A stretch of DNA of 38,879 bases from Candidatus Thorarchaeota archaeon. Lineage in GTDB: Archaea; Asgardarchaeota; Thorarchaeia; Thorarchaeales; Thorarchaeaceae. The DNA lies in the NCBI GenBank assembly GCA_016840855.1, contig JAEORO010000076.1, positions 1 to 38,879 of the forward strand. The letters are read 5' to 3'. Position 1 is the stretch's first letter. The number at the start of each line of letters is the position of its first letter. The notes beneath the pieces are model-generated. The model was not told the DNA's origin and did not search any database. It saw nothing but the letters and a program-made list of their open reading frames with translations. This document shows positions 1-9,224 of this stretch, piece after piece. The position numbers and the translations under genes were made by a program.

Positions 1-10
1 ACTCCTTGTA

Positions 11-268
11 CTATTTTGGTGGAGGAGAAACGATTACGACATTGTCGCCTCTCACTATCACTGTCTTGACCACTTCGATTGTCTGCTCACCTGTTTCAGG
101 ATTTATTGAGATTTCCTCAGCATCCTCAAGGATGAGGTTCAGGTGTTGGTCATAACCCCGCAGTTTACCCTTGATCTTCTTCTTGCCTTTCAATTCCACA
201 AGCACTTGTCCTCCAATCGAGGTTTGAAGTAGTTCCATAGGTTTAGCTGCGTTCATTGCATTCACCAT
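11..268 (-). CDS. Sm-like (Lsm/SmAP1) RNA-binding protein
   Basis: Sm1 motif GKLRGYDQHLNLILEDAEE and Sm2 motif VIVRGDNVVIVSP. A GGAG SD for a downstream gene (usually rpl37e) lies in bases 1-10 on the - strand. Confidence 0.95.
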   Translation of the reverse strand: MVNAMNAAKPMELLQTSIGGQVLVELKGKKKIKGKLRGYDQHLNLILEDAEEISINPETGEQTIEVVKTVIVRGDNVVIVSPPPK

Positions 269-278
269 CGCAGAAGTA

Positions 279-336
279 ACATCATATGGCCGACGGGCAT
301 AGGATGTCAGCGCTATCCTTTGGACATGGCTTAAAA
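279..336 (-). promoter_or_regulatory. TATA-like box (TTTTAA, 331-336) followed by a leader hairpin (307-279) for the Sm gene
   Basis: ACATC/GATGT and TATG/CATA stems. The hairpin begins ~24 nt downstream of the TATA-like box. Confidence 0.45.
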
Positions 337-415
337 ATATGACGATGTTGACTGCATGTTTTAGGAAACTTCCCCGACGTAGGCTTCAAAAGGCGTCTAT
401 CATTATCATTAAGTA

Positions 416-922
416 ATGCCAAAAATTGAACGTATAAAGAAGCGACATCTTCTTAAAAAACGAGAACAACGAGATGAGATTGCTAAAATCGAGAACGAGA
501 TAGGCTCCTCGATTATGAGTCTTGATTCTAAATCACAACTTGAGGGAGGGATACTAGATGATGGGTCACGTATCCTTCTCCTGAATGGGGATATTATCTT
601 CTTCCAACATGAAGGACGCATGTTTCCTACTCTACGTGCTCTTCTAAACAACCTAGTAGACTTACCTAGAGTTTCTGTTGACATGGGTGCTGTGAAGTTT
701 GTAGTGAACGGAGCTGATATTATGCGTCCGGGTATAACGGAAGTGGATAATCGGATCAAGGAAAACAGTATAGTCGTTGTAGTTGATGAGAACCATGGGA
801 AACCTCTAGCAGTGGGTATATCACTTAAGACTGCAGACGAATTGAGAGCGGCATCCAGTGGAAAAGTAATCAAGTCTGTACATCATATTAACGATGACCT
901 CTGGGTCTTTGGAAGAAGTTAA
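416..922 (+). CDS. PUA-domain RNA-binding protein (DUF1947+PUA, MCT-1/Tma20-like)
   Basis: KRHLLKK N-terminus, FPTLRAL, and PUA motif VSVDMGAVKFVVNGADIMRPGI...GKVIKSVHHINDDLW. Confidence 0.92.
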   Translation: MPKIERIKKRHLLKKREQRDEIAKIENEIGSSIMSLDSKSQLEGGILDDGSRILLLNGDIIFFQHEGRMFPTLRALLNNLVDLPRVSVDMGAVKFVVNGADIMRPGITEVDNRIKENSIVVVVDENHGKPLAVGISLKTADELRAASSGKVIKSVHHINDDLWVFGRS

Positions 923-3573
923 TCCTCATCTCCAAGTTTTGCACGAATGTGTGATAGGGCTGCTTTGTAAACTTCTTTTGCTAGATTTGGTTCTAATCCG
1001 CAATTCTTTGCGAAGCGGTCTCTAGCATATCCCTCCTTACTAGCGCCAAGATCTTTCTTTACGACATCGGAAATCGATGTGTAACCTTTCTCATAGAGTA
1101 TCCTTGCTGTACTCCTCGAGAGTCTACTAGATGGTGAATCATCGCCAGGAAGCAGTCTTAGCTCAAGTAGATCCGAGCTAGCCAAGTCTTTTCCCACACC
1201 ATACTGAAGTTGACGCGAAAGTACACTCATCCGAGCCGCTAGATTAGATTTCTTCAAAGCCCTGAGATATTCACCCAAACTCTCGGCAACTTGACTACAT
1301 ACACCAAGCAAGGAGTCTAGATCCCCCTCATCTAGGCTGATTCCTCTTGCTAGTTCGGCAGCCATCTTCACAATGGTTGCCACATCTTGTTCATCCAGCC
1401 AGCTTTGCAAAACTGCTCTTTTCACATTATGTCTTTCAGGTACTCTTCGGATGTACCATTCTTCTGGTGGTTCTAGGTTCATGATTTTGAGTTCTGTTTT
1501 GGAGGGCATGAAAGTCCTTGGTCTGATTGATTGTGGTAGATGAGCTTCTAGTATCAAATCTATCAATGTTGGTTCATCAGAATTCTCATCAATTTTTGAT
1601 AATCTACTTTTGATTCGCAGATAGTCGCTAATGTCAAGGTCTGCATGAGCTGCGCTCTGTGCATCTTTTGACAACTTGAAACCATTTTCTGTTTCTTCGA
1701 AAATACCTTGCTTTGTTAACCATCTAAAAAGAGTCCTGAAGAACTTCTTCATGCCCGATCTATACTTATTGTCAATGAATCCCCTAAATGTGCCATTCAC
1801 AAACTCAAGAAAATCCGTTTCTAATTGAGCCTGAGTGAATACTTTGCCGTCAAAAGTGAGTCTTGTGAGTATGCAAATAGCCAAACTTGGATAGATTATC
1901 CCAGGACGCAATGGCTCAAGAGGTCTATGAAGCAGTTTCTCCTCCATTGCTTGCGAGTTGGGCATGTTTCTATTCGGGCCCTCAAAGACAAGGTACACTC
2001 TTCCCCCATACTGAGCTAAGTGATTCTCTCCAATTCTCCCTGCAACCTGTAGATATCGTGCTCTTGTCTCAAGATAGTAGAGGTTCTGATTCATTAAGAT
2101 CAGTACACAATCAAATGGAAAGCTAATACCTGCAGTGATTCCAGTCGTAGATACGACTGTTCTAATTGTCCTATTTCTTATTTCTCGTTCTAGGCGCTCA
2201 CGGATACCAGCATCCAAACCAGAATGATGGAATGCTGTGCCAAACTTCATTGTGTCCGCAAGTCTATTACTCAAAGGAAGAACTTCTCCTAGTCCAATGA
2301 CTCTTTCTACCACATCCGGAGCTACGGTTCGAGGATGACTTCTTGCAAGTCTTCTAGCTATCCCTTGAGCACGAAATCTGGAACCCACTACTATCAGTAT
2401 TGATTTATCCTGATAGTTACCAAGATGCTCTATTACAACATCAAGCACATCCTCTAGTGATGATCTTGCACGCTGAGTTCCATCACTACTCACTATCTCG
2501 AATTCATCATCAACCTTGTTCACAATGAACTCATCCGGTACGAGCCGCACATTTGGTCTAAAAACCGTAGCACCGAGCCATGAAGCAACTTCTTCAGTTT
2601 CTCCAAAACGAGATGAAAGAGTAACAAGCTGGGTTTGCTCTTTCAAAAGTGTAATGGCACAGTCTAGCTTTGTACTTCTATCAGTTCCCAACGTTTGCGG
2701 TTCTACAGCAGTAACTGAATCGAGCTCGGTAAGCTCGTCAATAATAGCGAGTCCTAACTTCTCAGTCCATTTCTTTTTTTGAAGGAGTGCTGCAGAGAAT
2801 GTTTCATACATCGCGATTATCAGATTGCCCTTCTCCAAATCGGCGTCAGTTGCTCTAATTGATCCATCATGTCTGACAACGGAATACCCAAGTTCTTGTA
2901 ACAGGGTACCATATTCCTCAATGATTTGTCTGCTCAGGGATGTATAGGGGCTCAGATAGAGACATCTGACTCCTCTCTGTAGCCTCAATAGGACGATTAT
3001 CATTGCTAGAAATGTCTTGCCCGACCCAGGTGGCATCTGAATTATTAGATTACCGTCCACATCGCCAATCTCCCTAACAAACTTCTCCTGTGCTGGAAGA
3101 AGACTTACGAAATTCTTGTGCTTTAGGAGTATCTTTGCTGCTCTCTGTACATCTGTCCCAGTTCCAATAGGTCCACTCAATCTTGCAATAGCTGCTAATG
3201 CCAGCCTGCCCTCATGTGTTATCATGAACCCTCTCTGTTTTCTACCCCTATCACCTGTTGATATCACATACCCCGAACGTATGAGTTTGTTCATAGTTTC
3301 ATAGATTGTCCCGCCTGACATCAGACTCTGTCGAAGGGTCTCATAGTCGGCTTGGGTCTGAGTGCGCTCTCCCCTTGATTTTGCTGATGGCTTGTCTATT
3401 CCATCGAGTGTTAGCATACCGTCAACAATATTGTCCCACCCAAGTGTTGGAACAATCTCTCCTGTCTTTGGACTCAATACCTGAAGTATCTCCATCGCGT
3501 AACGATTACTAAGAGATTTTAACTGCTCTCTTACATTAGATGCCTCATCGTCCTCCTTAATCCTCGCAGGCAT
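919..3573 (-). CDS. Divergent Ski2/Hel308-like SF2 helicase with N-terminal PadR/ArsR-like winged helix
   Basis: Walker A MPPGSGKT, motif II DELT, AFHHSGL, motif V TTGITAGISFP, motif VI QVAGRIG, C-terminal HhH-like RSTARILYEKGY. ATG at 3573 has a GGTGA SD (the ORF track starts at GTG 3600). Confidence 0.85.
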   Translation of the reverse strand: MPARIKEDDEASNVREQLKSLSNRYAMEILQVLSPKTGEIVPTLGWDNIVDGMLTLDGIDKPSAKSRGERTQTQADYETLRQSLMSGGTIYETMNKLIRSGYVISTGDRGRKQRGFMITHEGRLALAAIARLSGPIGTGTDVQRAAKILLKHKNFVSLLPAQEKFVREIGDVDGNLIIQMPPGSGKTFLAMIIVLLRLQRGVRCLYLSPYTSLSRQIIEEYGTLLQELGYSVVRHDGSIRATDADLEKGNLIIAMYETFSAALLQKKKWTEKLGLAIIDELTELDSVTAVEPQTLGTDRSTKLDCAITLLKEQTQLVTLSSRFGETEEVASWLGATVFRPNVRLVPDEFIVNKVDDEFEIVSSDGTQRARSSLEDVLDVVIEHLGNYQDKSILIVVGSRFRAQGIARRLARSHPRTVAPDVVERVIGLGEVLPLSNRLADTMKFGTAFHHSGLDAGIRERLEREIRNRTIRTVVSTTGITAGISFPFDCVLILMNQNLYYLETRARYLQVAGRIGENHLAQYGGRVYLVFEGPNRNMPNSQAMEEKLLHRPLEPLRPGIIYPSLAICILTRLTFDGKVFTQAQLETDFLEFVNGTFRGFIDNKYRSGMKKFFRTLFRWLTKQGIFEETENGFKLSKDAQSAAHADLDISDYLRIKSRLSKIDENSDEPTLIDLILEAHLPQSIRPRTFMPSKTELKIMNLEPPEEWYIRRVPERHNVKRAVLQSWLDEQDVATIVKMAAELARGISLDEGDLDSLLGVCSQVAESLGEYLRALKKSNLAARMSVLSRQLQYGVGKDLASSDLLELRLLPGDDSPSSRLSRSTARILYEKGYTSISDVVKKDLGASKEGYARDRFAKNCGLEPNLAKEVYKAALSHIRAKLGDED

Positions 3574-3682
3574 TGCTATCACCAAATTCTTGCTTGGCAC
3601 TGTGATAAAGGTTGGCTACAGGTTATAATACTCGGTCTTTTCTTCATACTGTTAGCCATTATCATGAGCTGAGGCGTTTAAA

Positions 3683-4081
3683 GTGAGGTCACTATTCAGA
3701 CGTAATCGAACCACTGACTCATCCGAGGAAACTACTAGTCAAAGAACATTTCCAAGTCTTGGGCTTTTCGCTGCAGTTTCCGAATCAAAACAATCAGACC
3801 CACAACATGACATCAAGCGACTTGCTGAACTTGAACAGATTTTCATTAGAACCAAGAAACTTGAGTCGTTAACCGATGTGCCTGATATTGTGAACGAAAT
3901 TAAAGACGGAAACATCGTACTCTTGGACATATCAAGGCTTAATGATGGAAATGACCAGACTCATCTTGAACTTCGTCGTATTATTGAACGAATCCGTGGA
4001 GAAACAAGGGGCTACCAAGCTGAAATCGCACTTGTGAATGATGGTTGTATGATTGTGACACCGTCATTTGTGAGTTTCTAA
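3683..4081 (+). CDS. sepF: Archaeal SepF-family cell division protein (DUF552)
   Basis: Amphipathic N-terminus MRSLFRR; core IVNEIKDGNIVLLDISRL...ELRRIIERIRG...MIVTPSFV. Confidence 0.8.
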   Translation: MRSLFRRNRTTDSSEETTSQRTFPSLGLFAAVSESKQSDPQHDIKRLAELEQIFIRTKKLESLTDVPDIVNEIKDGNIVLLDISRLNDGNDQTHLELRRIIERIRGETRGYQAEIALVNDGCMIVTPSFVSF

Positions 4082-4084
4082 GGG

Positions 4085-6001
4085 TCACTTTAGCTTAATA
4101 GTTTCAGTGACCAATGGTGCTCTTGTTTCCACATTCAGCGCTTTGTGAATAGTTGAGGCCAATCCAACTGTCTTACTCGCTTCACCATGCGCCACAAGTA
4201 TTCGCTCTGGTACAGGACTCACTCTCTTGATAAAGTTCAAAATCTGTTTTCTGTCAGAGTGGCCTGAGAAACCTTCTACAGTGGCTACTTCTAAGTTAAC
4301 CGGAATCACTGTTGTTTGTCCTTCCCTATTTCTCATATTCACTTCTTTCCAGCCTTTCTGGATACGACGTCCAAGAGTTCCTTCTCCCTGATAGCTCACA
4401 AAGCACAGTAGATTCTTTTCATCAGGAGCAAGGAGTCTGAAGTAGTCAACGCTAGGTCCTCCAGCCAACATACCTGATGTCGCCATTATGATACATGGCT
4501 CAGCCTCTGAGATTTCTTCTCTCTGGTCTGGATTATCTACCTGTACGAAAATATCAGAAAGGAATGGATTGATTCCTTGATGGAAGATCATTTCGCGTAT
4601 TTTCTTACTCAGAGCCTCTGGATGTGTAGTATGAATTGCCGTAGCTTGCGCAATCATCCCTTCGATGTATACAGGCACCTTTGGAATTCTTTCCTTTGAT
4701 ACGAGGTCCTCAATCACAAGCATGATTTCCTGCGCACGACCAACCGCAAGTACTGGAATCAAAACTTTTCCGCCTCGTTCTAAAGCTCGCTTCAATATTG
4801 ACGCAAACTTCCGTTCAACTTCCTGACGAGGTGGCATCTTGTCTGTGGGATGACCATAAGTGCTCTCTACTATCAGTGTTTCCAGTCGCGGGAACGTAAA
4901 TGTTGCTGGTTCTAGCAATCTCGTTCTACCAAACTTGAAGTCCCCGGTGTAGGCCATGTTGTATTGTCCATCCCCAATGTGAAAGTGAACTATTGAAGAC
5001 CCAAGGATGTGTCCTGCGTTGTGAAGCGTGAGCCTGACGTCTGGAGCTATATCTGTCACTTCCCCATAGCTTAGAGGTACAGTGTGAAGGATTGCTTCCT
5101 TTACATCACGGTCTCTATATGGTCTAAGTTTACCTTCTCTCTCAGCAACGTCCAGATAGTCAAGCTGCAGAAGAGTCGCGAGATTCAGAGTAGGGTGTGT
5201 CATATAGACTGGGCCTCGATAACCATACTTGAAGAGAAATGGTACCATCCCGCAGTGGTCTAGGTGTGCGTGAGTTATCACCACAGCATCCAGATTATCA
5301 ACACTGAATTCAGGCATGTCAAGCCGTGGAAAAGCTTTGGTTGGTGTACCTACATTGACACCGCATTCAATCAAAATATTGCTCTCTGATGTCTGTAGGA
5401 ACATACACTGCCTACCAACTTCGCGGAATCCACCCATCGCAGTAAGTCTGATCCAGCCATTGTTAACCAGCATTTGTCTATGAATTCTCTTACCAATCTC
5501 TCGAAATGACTTGTTTCTTGTAGCTGCCTCAGATTGGATAATGTATCGTATTTGTTTGATGAGTTTGCTCTCAATAGGAGGGGTTCTCATCACATTTGGT
5601 CGCCAGAAGGTCTGTCTTGTAATCTCTCTGAGTGTTGTGCCACTCCGACCTATCACAAGCCCTGGCTTTTGAGCTTCAATTATCACTTCTCCTCTTGATA
5701 TATCAAAGTCAATAGAGGTGATTTCAGCTTCTTTCGGGACAAGCTCACGAACTGCCTTCTCAGTTTCTTCATGAGTTAGTCTGACTTCTGGTGCAGACCT
5801 AACTACTATGCGTTTCCTCATTTTCCGGGCCAAGGCTTTAATCTTATCACCGTCATCGAGTAGAATCTTTGGCGCTTTCGAATAGATGGCTACTTCTGGA
5901 CCTTCATATTCCACTGAGCTGATTGCGGCTGATCGAGGTAGTGCCTTCTTTACTACCTCTCTAATATCAACATATTCTACTTCTTCTTCATTGGTCTGCA
6001 T
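4085..6001 (-). CDS. fttA: Beta-CASP ribonuclease aCPSF1 / transcription termination factor FttA
   Basis: Two N-terminal KH domains (EYEGPE, KPGLVIGRSG), HAHLDH, AGHILGS, ESTYG, AVGRAQE, GFSGHSD; adjacent to psmB as is usual. Confidence 0.97.
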   Translation of the reverse strand: MQTNEEEVEYVDIREVVKKALPRSAAISSVEYEGPEVAIYSKAPKILLDDGDKIKALARKMRKRIVVRSAPEVRLTHEETEKAVRELVPKEAEITSIDFDISRGEVIIEAQKPGLVIGRSGTTLREITRQTFWRPNVMRTPPIESKLIKQIRYIIQSEAATRNKSFREIGKRIHRQMLVNNGWIRLTAMGGFREVGRQCMFLQTSESNILIECGVNVGTPTKAFPRLDMPEFSVDNLDAVVITHAHLDHCGMVPFLFKYGYRGPVYMTHPTLNLATLLQLDYLDVAEREGKLRPYRDRDVKEAILHTVPLSYGEVTDIAPDVRLTLHNAGHILGSSIVHFHIGDGQYNMAYTGDFKFGRTRLLEPATFTFPRLETLIVESTYGHPTDKMPPRQEVERKFASILKRALERGGKVLIPVLAVGRAQEIMLVIEDLVSKERIPKVPVYIEGMIAQATAIHTTHPEALSKKIREMIFHQGINPFLSDIFVQVDNPDQREEISEAEPCIIMATSGMLAGGPSVDYFRLLAPDEKNLLCFVSYQGEGTLGRRIQKGWKEVNMRNREGQTTVIPVNLEVATVEGFSGHSDRKQILNFIKRVSPVPERILVAHGEASKTVGLASTIHKALNVETRAPLVTETIKLK

Positions 6002-6047
6002 GGATAGTCATCACAATCCTTGGCGTATCAATTCCCCATTATGGTTC

Positions 6048-6111
6048 GGTCTGACTGTTTACCCTTGTACAGGGCAGACCTAGGTGAGATTATCTCACTA
6101 GATGGTAAACA
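6048..6111 (-). ncRNA. Putative structured cis-RNA (pseudoknot-like) in the psmB-fttA spacer
   Basis: Four complementary pairs within 64 nt: TGTTTACC/GGTAAACA, GTGAGA/TCTCAC, GGTCTG/CAGACC, CCCT/AGGG. Confidence 0.45.
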
Positions 6112-6121
6112 AATATTGCCA

Positions 6122-6760
6122 CTACTGCCCTTTCCAGATCTTCATGATAGTCTCTTTATCGACTTCTTGGTATCCGTCCTTGTCAATGACACTGACAAGA
6201 ATGTTGTTTCCGGTCGCTGCATCTCTTTCAATTGCTGCTGCAATGGAGCTTACAGCCAGTTCGATTGCCTTCTTCTTTGGAAGGTCTTCCTTGTAGCCAG
6301 CTTCTAAAACACCAAGTGCTACAGGTGAGCCTGAGCCATTTGCTACGTATTTGTCTGGAATCACACTTCCAACAAAGTCAGTATAGAAGACTTGAGGACC
6401 TTCATCATCAAATCCTCCTACAAGAGACCCTAACATATAGAGTCCTCGACCTTGGAACATAATATTGCTTAGAAGACGTGTCAATGCTTTGACCCGAATG
6501 GGTCTTCCTCTCTGGATTTCAAAGAGTTTGGCTTCAGCTCTCAGAAGGTCCATTATTGCCTGAGCATCAGCCACTGATCCCGCGATGGTTGCACCAATGC
6601 GGTCTGTGATTTTGTAGATTTTCTTAGCTGTCTTGTTTGCGATCAGATAGCCCATAGTGGCTCTCTGGTCGCTTGCTAGAACAACACAATCCTTGGCTAT
6701 TAGACCAATAGTAGTTGTTCCCGTCTTCAATTCAGCTGGGGTTTGAGTATTATGTTCCAT
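6122..6760 (-). CDS. psmB: Proteasome beta subunit
   Basis: KTG/TTTIG autoprocessing site, ASDQRATMG, GSGSPVALGVLE, RDAATG. Start placed at ATG 6760 (GGAG SD); the ORF-track ATG at 6829 overlaps a TATA-like CCTTAAAA. Confidence 0.96.
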   Translation of the reverse strand: MEHNTQTPAELKTGTTTIGLIAKDCVVLASDQRATMGYLIANKTAKKIYKITDRIGATIAGSVADAQAIMDLLRAEAKLFEIQRGRPIRVKALTRLLSNIMFQGRGLYMLGSLVGGFDDEGPQVFYTDFVGSVIPDKYVANGSGSPVALGVLEAGYKEDLPKKKAIELAVSSIAAAIERDAATGNNILVSVIDKDGYQEVDKETIMKIWKGQ

Positions 6761-6876
6761 GTCAATAAACTCCATGTAGGAGATGAATTCTAGAGAACTA
6801 GTGACAAACTCACGTCTTGTTTTTGCCATTTTAAGGTTTTCTCAGTGGCCATTAATTCCTATATCGCATCAAAGTA

Positions 6877-7695
6877 TTAGGTCGTGTTCTGTTCAACTGG
6901 TTTTGGCCGATCAAAGGTCACTACAAGTTTCACTTCCTTTGCGTCATCAAAAACTTTCAGAGCATCAGAAGCAATTCCAATCTCAGCATATTGAATATCT
7001 TGAATATACCTCGTTTCTTTTGGCATCTCAATAGTGACCGATTTCTTTGCTATTGAGAATTTGAAGTCTTCAACAGGAAGTCCAGGTATGCGTCTTTTGA
7101 CGACAGCTCGAAGTTTTTCATCTGGATCCGTAATAATGCTTCGAAGAGTCACGTCAAAAACAAGAGTTCTGCCTGCAAGTGGACTATTGAAGTCAACTCG
7201 AACTTGCCTTCCAAGCACTGCGGTAATTACTCCTCGTTCATTACCAAAGGTTATCTGTTCTCCCTTTACGGGGCGAGTTTTGTGCTTTGCAAGCTTTGTC
7301 TTGGCAATCATTTTGACCTTCTTTGGGTCTCTTTGACCAGCCCCCTTCTCTGGTGGAACTTCAACAGTTTTTGAATCACCAACCTTCATTCCGATTAATT
7401 CCTCTTCTAAGGCCTTAAGTAACCAGTTCCAACCTATAGCTACAAGCATAGGATCATATCTGTCGTTCTCCCTGAAAATTCCAGATTCTTTGGCAACTTC
7501 AGCCATTGTTGTATCAAAAACAACACCATCGTCCTTTGTTGTTGCGCTATAATCAACATAGACTAGGCTTTTTTCACCCACAACACTCTCTACTTTAGTT
7601 GTCTTCTTTTCAGTTGGTGTCTTCTTGGTTGGTTTTTTGCCCTCAGCTTTTTTAGTAGCCGCCTTTTTTGGCTTAGTCGATTTCTTCTCTGACAT
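6877..7695 (-). CDS. Long-type archaeal FKBP peptidyl-prolyl isomerase (SlyD-like) with Lys-rich N-terminal tail
   Basis: VYVDY, VFDTT, LEEELIGMKVG, PPEKGAG, VDFNSPLAGRTLVF; ATG at 7695 preferred over TTG at 7731. Confidence 0.92.
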   Translation of the reverse strand: MSEKKSTKPKKAATKKAEGKKPTKKTPTEKKTTKVESVVGEKSLVYVDYSATTKDDGVVFDTTMAEVAKESGIFRENDRYDPMLVAIGWNWLLKALEEELIGMKVGDSKTVEVPPEKGAGQRDPKKVKMIAKTKLAKHKTRPVKGEQITFGNERGVITAVLGRQVRVDFNSPLAGRTLVFDVTLRSIITDPDEKLRAVVKRRIPGLPVEDFKFSIAKKSVTIEMPKETRYIQDIQYAEIGIASDALKVFDDAKEVKLVVTFDRPKPVEQNTT

Positions 7696-7749
7696 GTCTT
7701 GTTCCCTCTCGAGACTCCAAGAACGTTTCAAACCGCTTCGTTCTGGATT

Positions 7750-8370
7750 TCATAAAACAGTTTCCTTGTGGTCCTCTTTGAGAGTTCCTTTTAATACTTG
7801 TATCTTTTCAAAGAACAACGGTGCCTCTGAAACTGTTTCAACTATTAATCCACATTTAATCATTAACTTTTGAATCGAATCTCTGTCAGCAAGAGTTGAT
7901 AAGACAACTAGTATTCTCCCTCCCAATACTAGATGATTCACTGCTTGCGTAATAAATCGTTGAGTGAGTTCGGCACCTGTTTTGCCACCAACGAGCGCAT
8001 GATCCAAATCAGTATGCTCACCATCATCCGGCAAATATGGTGGATTGAAAACAATCAGTGAGAACTTGGCTGAGTTATTTAAAGCATCGAGTAAGTCTGA
8101 TTCAATCACATGACAGTTATTATTCAGATTATTTCTCGTTAGGTTCTCCATAGTATTACGAACCGCATCAAGAGAGCAGTCGATGCTCACTACTGTTTGT
8201 GCTTTTTTTGCAGCAGCTAAAGAAACCAGTCCTGCTCCACTTCCCACCTCTAGAAATATCTCCTCTGGTGTTATTTCCAAAGAATCCAACAAGAGATAGG
8301 TGTCCTCAGAAGGCGAATAGACCCCTGGAAAGACAATGACATCGTATTTGTCTTCATCCACAGTTCTCAC
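7750..8370 (-). CDS. hemK: HemK2/Mtq2-family release-factor glutamine methyltransferase
   Basis: VYSPSEDTYLL, LEVGSGAG, FNPPY. Confidence 0.92.
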   Translation of the reverse strand: MRTVDEDKYDVIVFPGVYSPSEDTYLLLDSLEITPEEIFLEVGSGAGLVSLAAAKKAQTVVSIDCSLDAVRNTMENLTRNNLNNNCHVIESDLLDALNNSAKFSLIVFNPPYLPDDGEHTDLDHALVGGKTGAELTQRFITQAVNHLVLGGRILVVLSTLADRDSIQKLMIKCGLIVETVSEAPLFFEKIQVLKGTLKEDHKETVL

Positions 8371-9224
8371 ACTCTTGGATCTTCGATGGAGCCATTTTCA
8401 ATCATCATCAAAAGAACATCTGCTAGAGAAATTAATTTCTCCAAGTCAATGGTACGAAGACGCTCATCACCTGACAAGACTCCAACTAAATGACTCAAAA
8501 CCTCATCAATCCGACTCTTTTCTATTCCAAGATTCCGAAACCATATGCGTAGTGCTCTTTGCAAATTCTTGTTCGGGTATGGATAAATCCCTCCAATCAT
8601 CCATTGAAATACGGAAGTATCTTTTGCAAAGGACCCCTTACTCCGTGGTTTCATCATAATAACACTTGAATCTACAGCAGGTTCTGGATAGAACGATTTT
8701 GCAGGGACTTCTAAGAGTTTTTGAACCTCAACATAGTACCTGACATTTATGGTGAGTCGAGAATATTCTGTTGTTCCTGGATCTGCGAGGAGTCGATTAG
8801 CGAATTCCTTCTGATACATCAATGTTGCTTCTTCAAAATCTAATTCCCTTAGTATTCGAAATGTCATCTCTGAAGAGATACTGTAAGGGAGGTTAGCAAC
8901 TACCTTTTTCACTCGTGGGAGTTCAACTATAAGCGCATCTCCTTCGATAACTGTCACATTTCTATAATCTCTAGCCATATCATGAAGAGCTCTCACTAGG
9001 TTCGAGTCAAGTTCTATTACGTAGACATGCTTTGCCCTTTCAGCAATCAATTTTGTTAAGATCCCAAACCCTCCACCTATCTCCAAGACTTGGTCCTGAT
9101 CAGTCAAATTGGCTAGATTGATGATATCCTGAGCTACTCTAGAACTTTTCAAGAAACTCTGCCCATGTTTCTTTCTTGGTTTCACATTGTATCTTTTGAG
9201 GAGCCTACGAATATCGTCTGACAG
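8367..9224 (-). CDS. rsmA: 16S rRNA (adenine-N6,N6)-dimethyltransferase KsgA/Dim1
   Basis: GQSFL, LEIGGGFG, VANLPYSISS, FYPEPAVDS. The frame stays open to CTG 9224, adding LSDDIRRLLKRYN behind a GGTGAG SD (ORF track starts at 9185). Confidence 0.93.
   Translation of the reverse strand: MSDDIRRLLKRYNVKPRKKHGQSFLKSSRVAQDIINLANLTDQDQVLEIGGGFGILTKLIAERAKHVYVIELDSNLVRALHDMARDYRNVTVIEGDALIVELPRVKKVVANLPYSISSEMTFRILRELDFEEATLMYQKEFANRLLADPGTTEYSRLTINVRYYVEVQKLLEVPAKSFYPEPAVDSSVIMMKPRSKGSFAKDTSVFQWMIGGIYPYPNKNLQRALRIWFRNLGIEKSRIDEVLSHLVGVLSGDERLRTIDLEKLISLADVLLMMIENGSIEDPRV

Noticed and set aside
409-873. 154-aa antisense ORF, and similar ones (26406-27068, 22358-22852, 18925-19395, 27798-28217)
   Set aside because: Shadow frames opposite well-conserved genes, with no recognisable motifs
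6048-6111. HDV-like ribozyme, since the stem order P1-P2-P3-P3'-P1'-P2' resembles it
   Set aside because: No P1.1 CC/GG pairing, no P4 or catalytic-C J4/2 (the linker is only GT), and the L3 sequence does not fit
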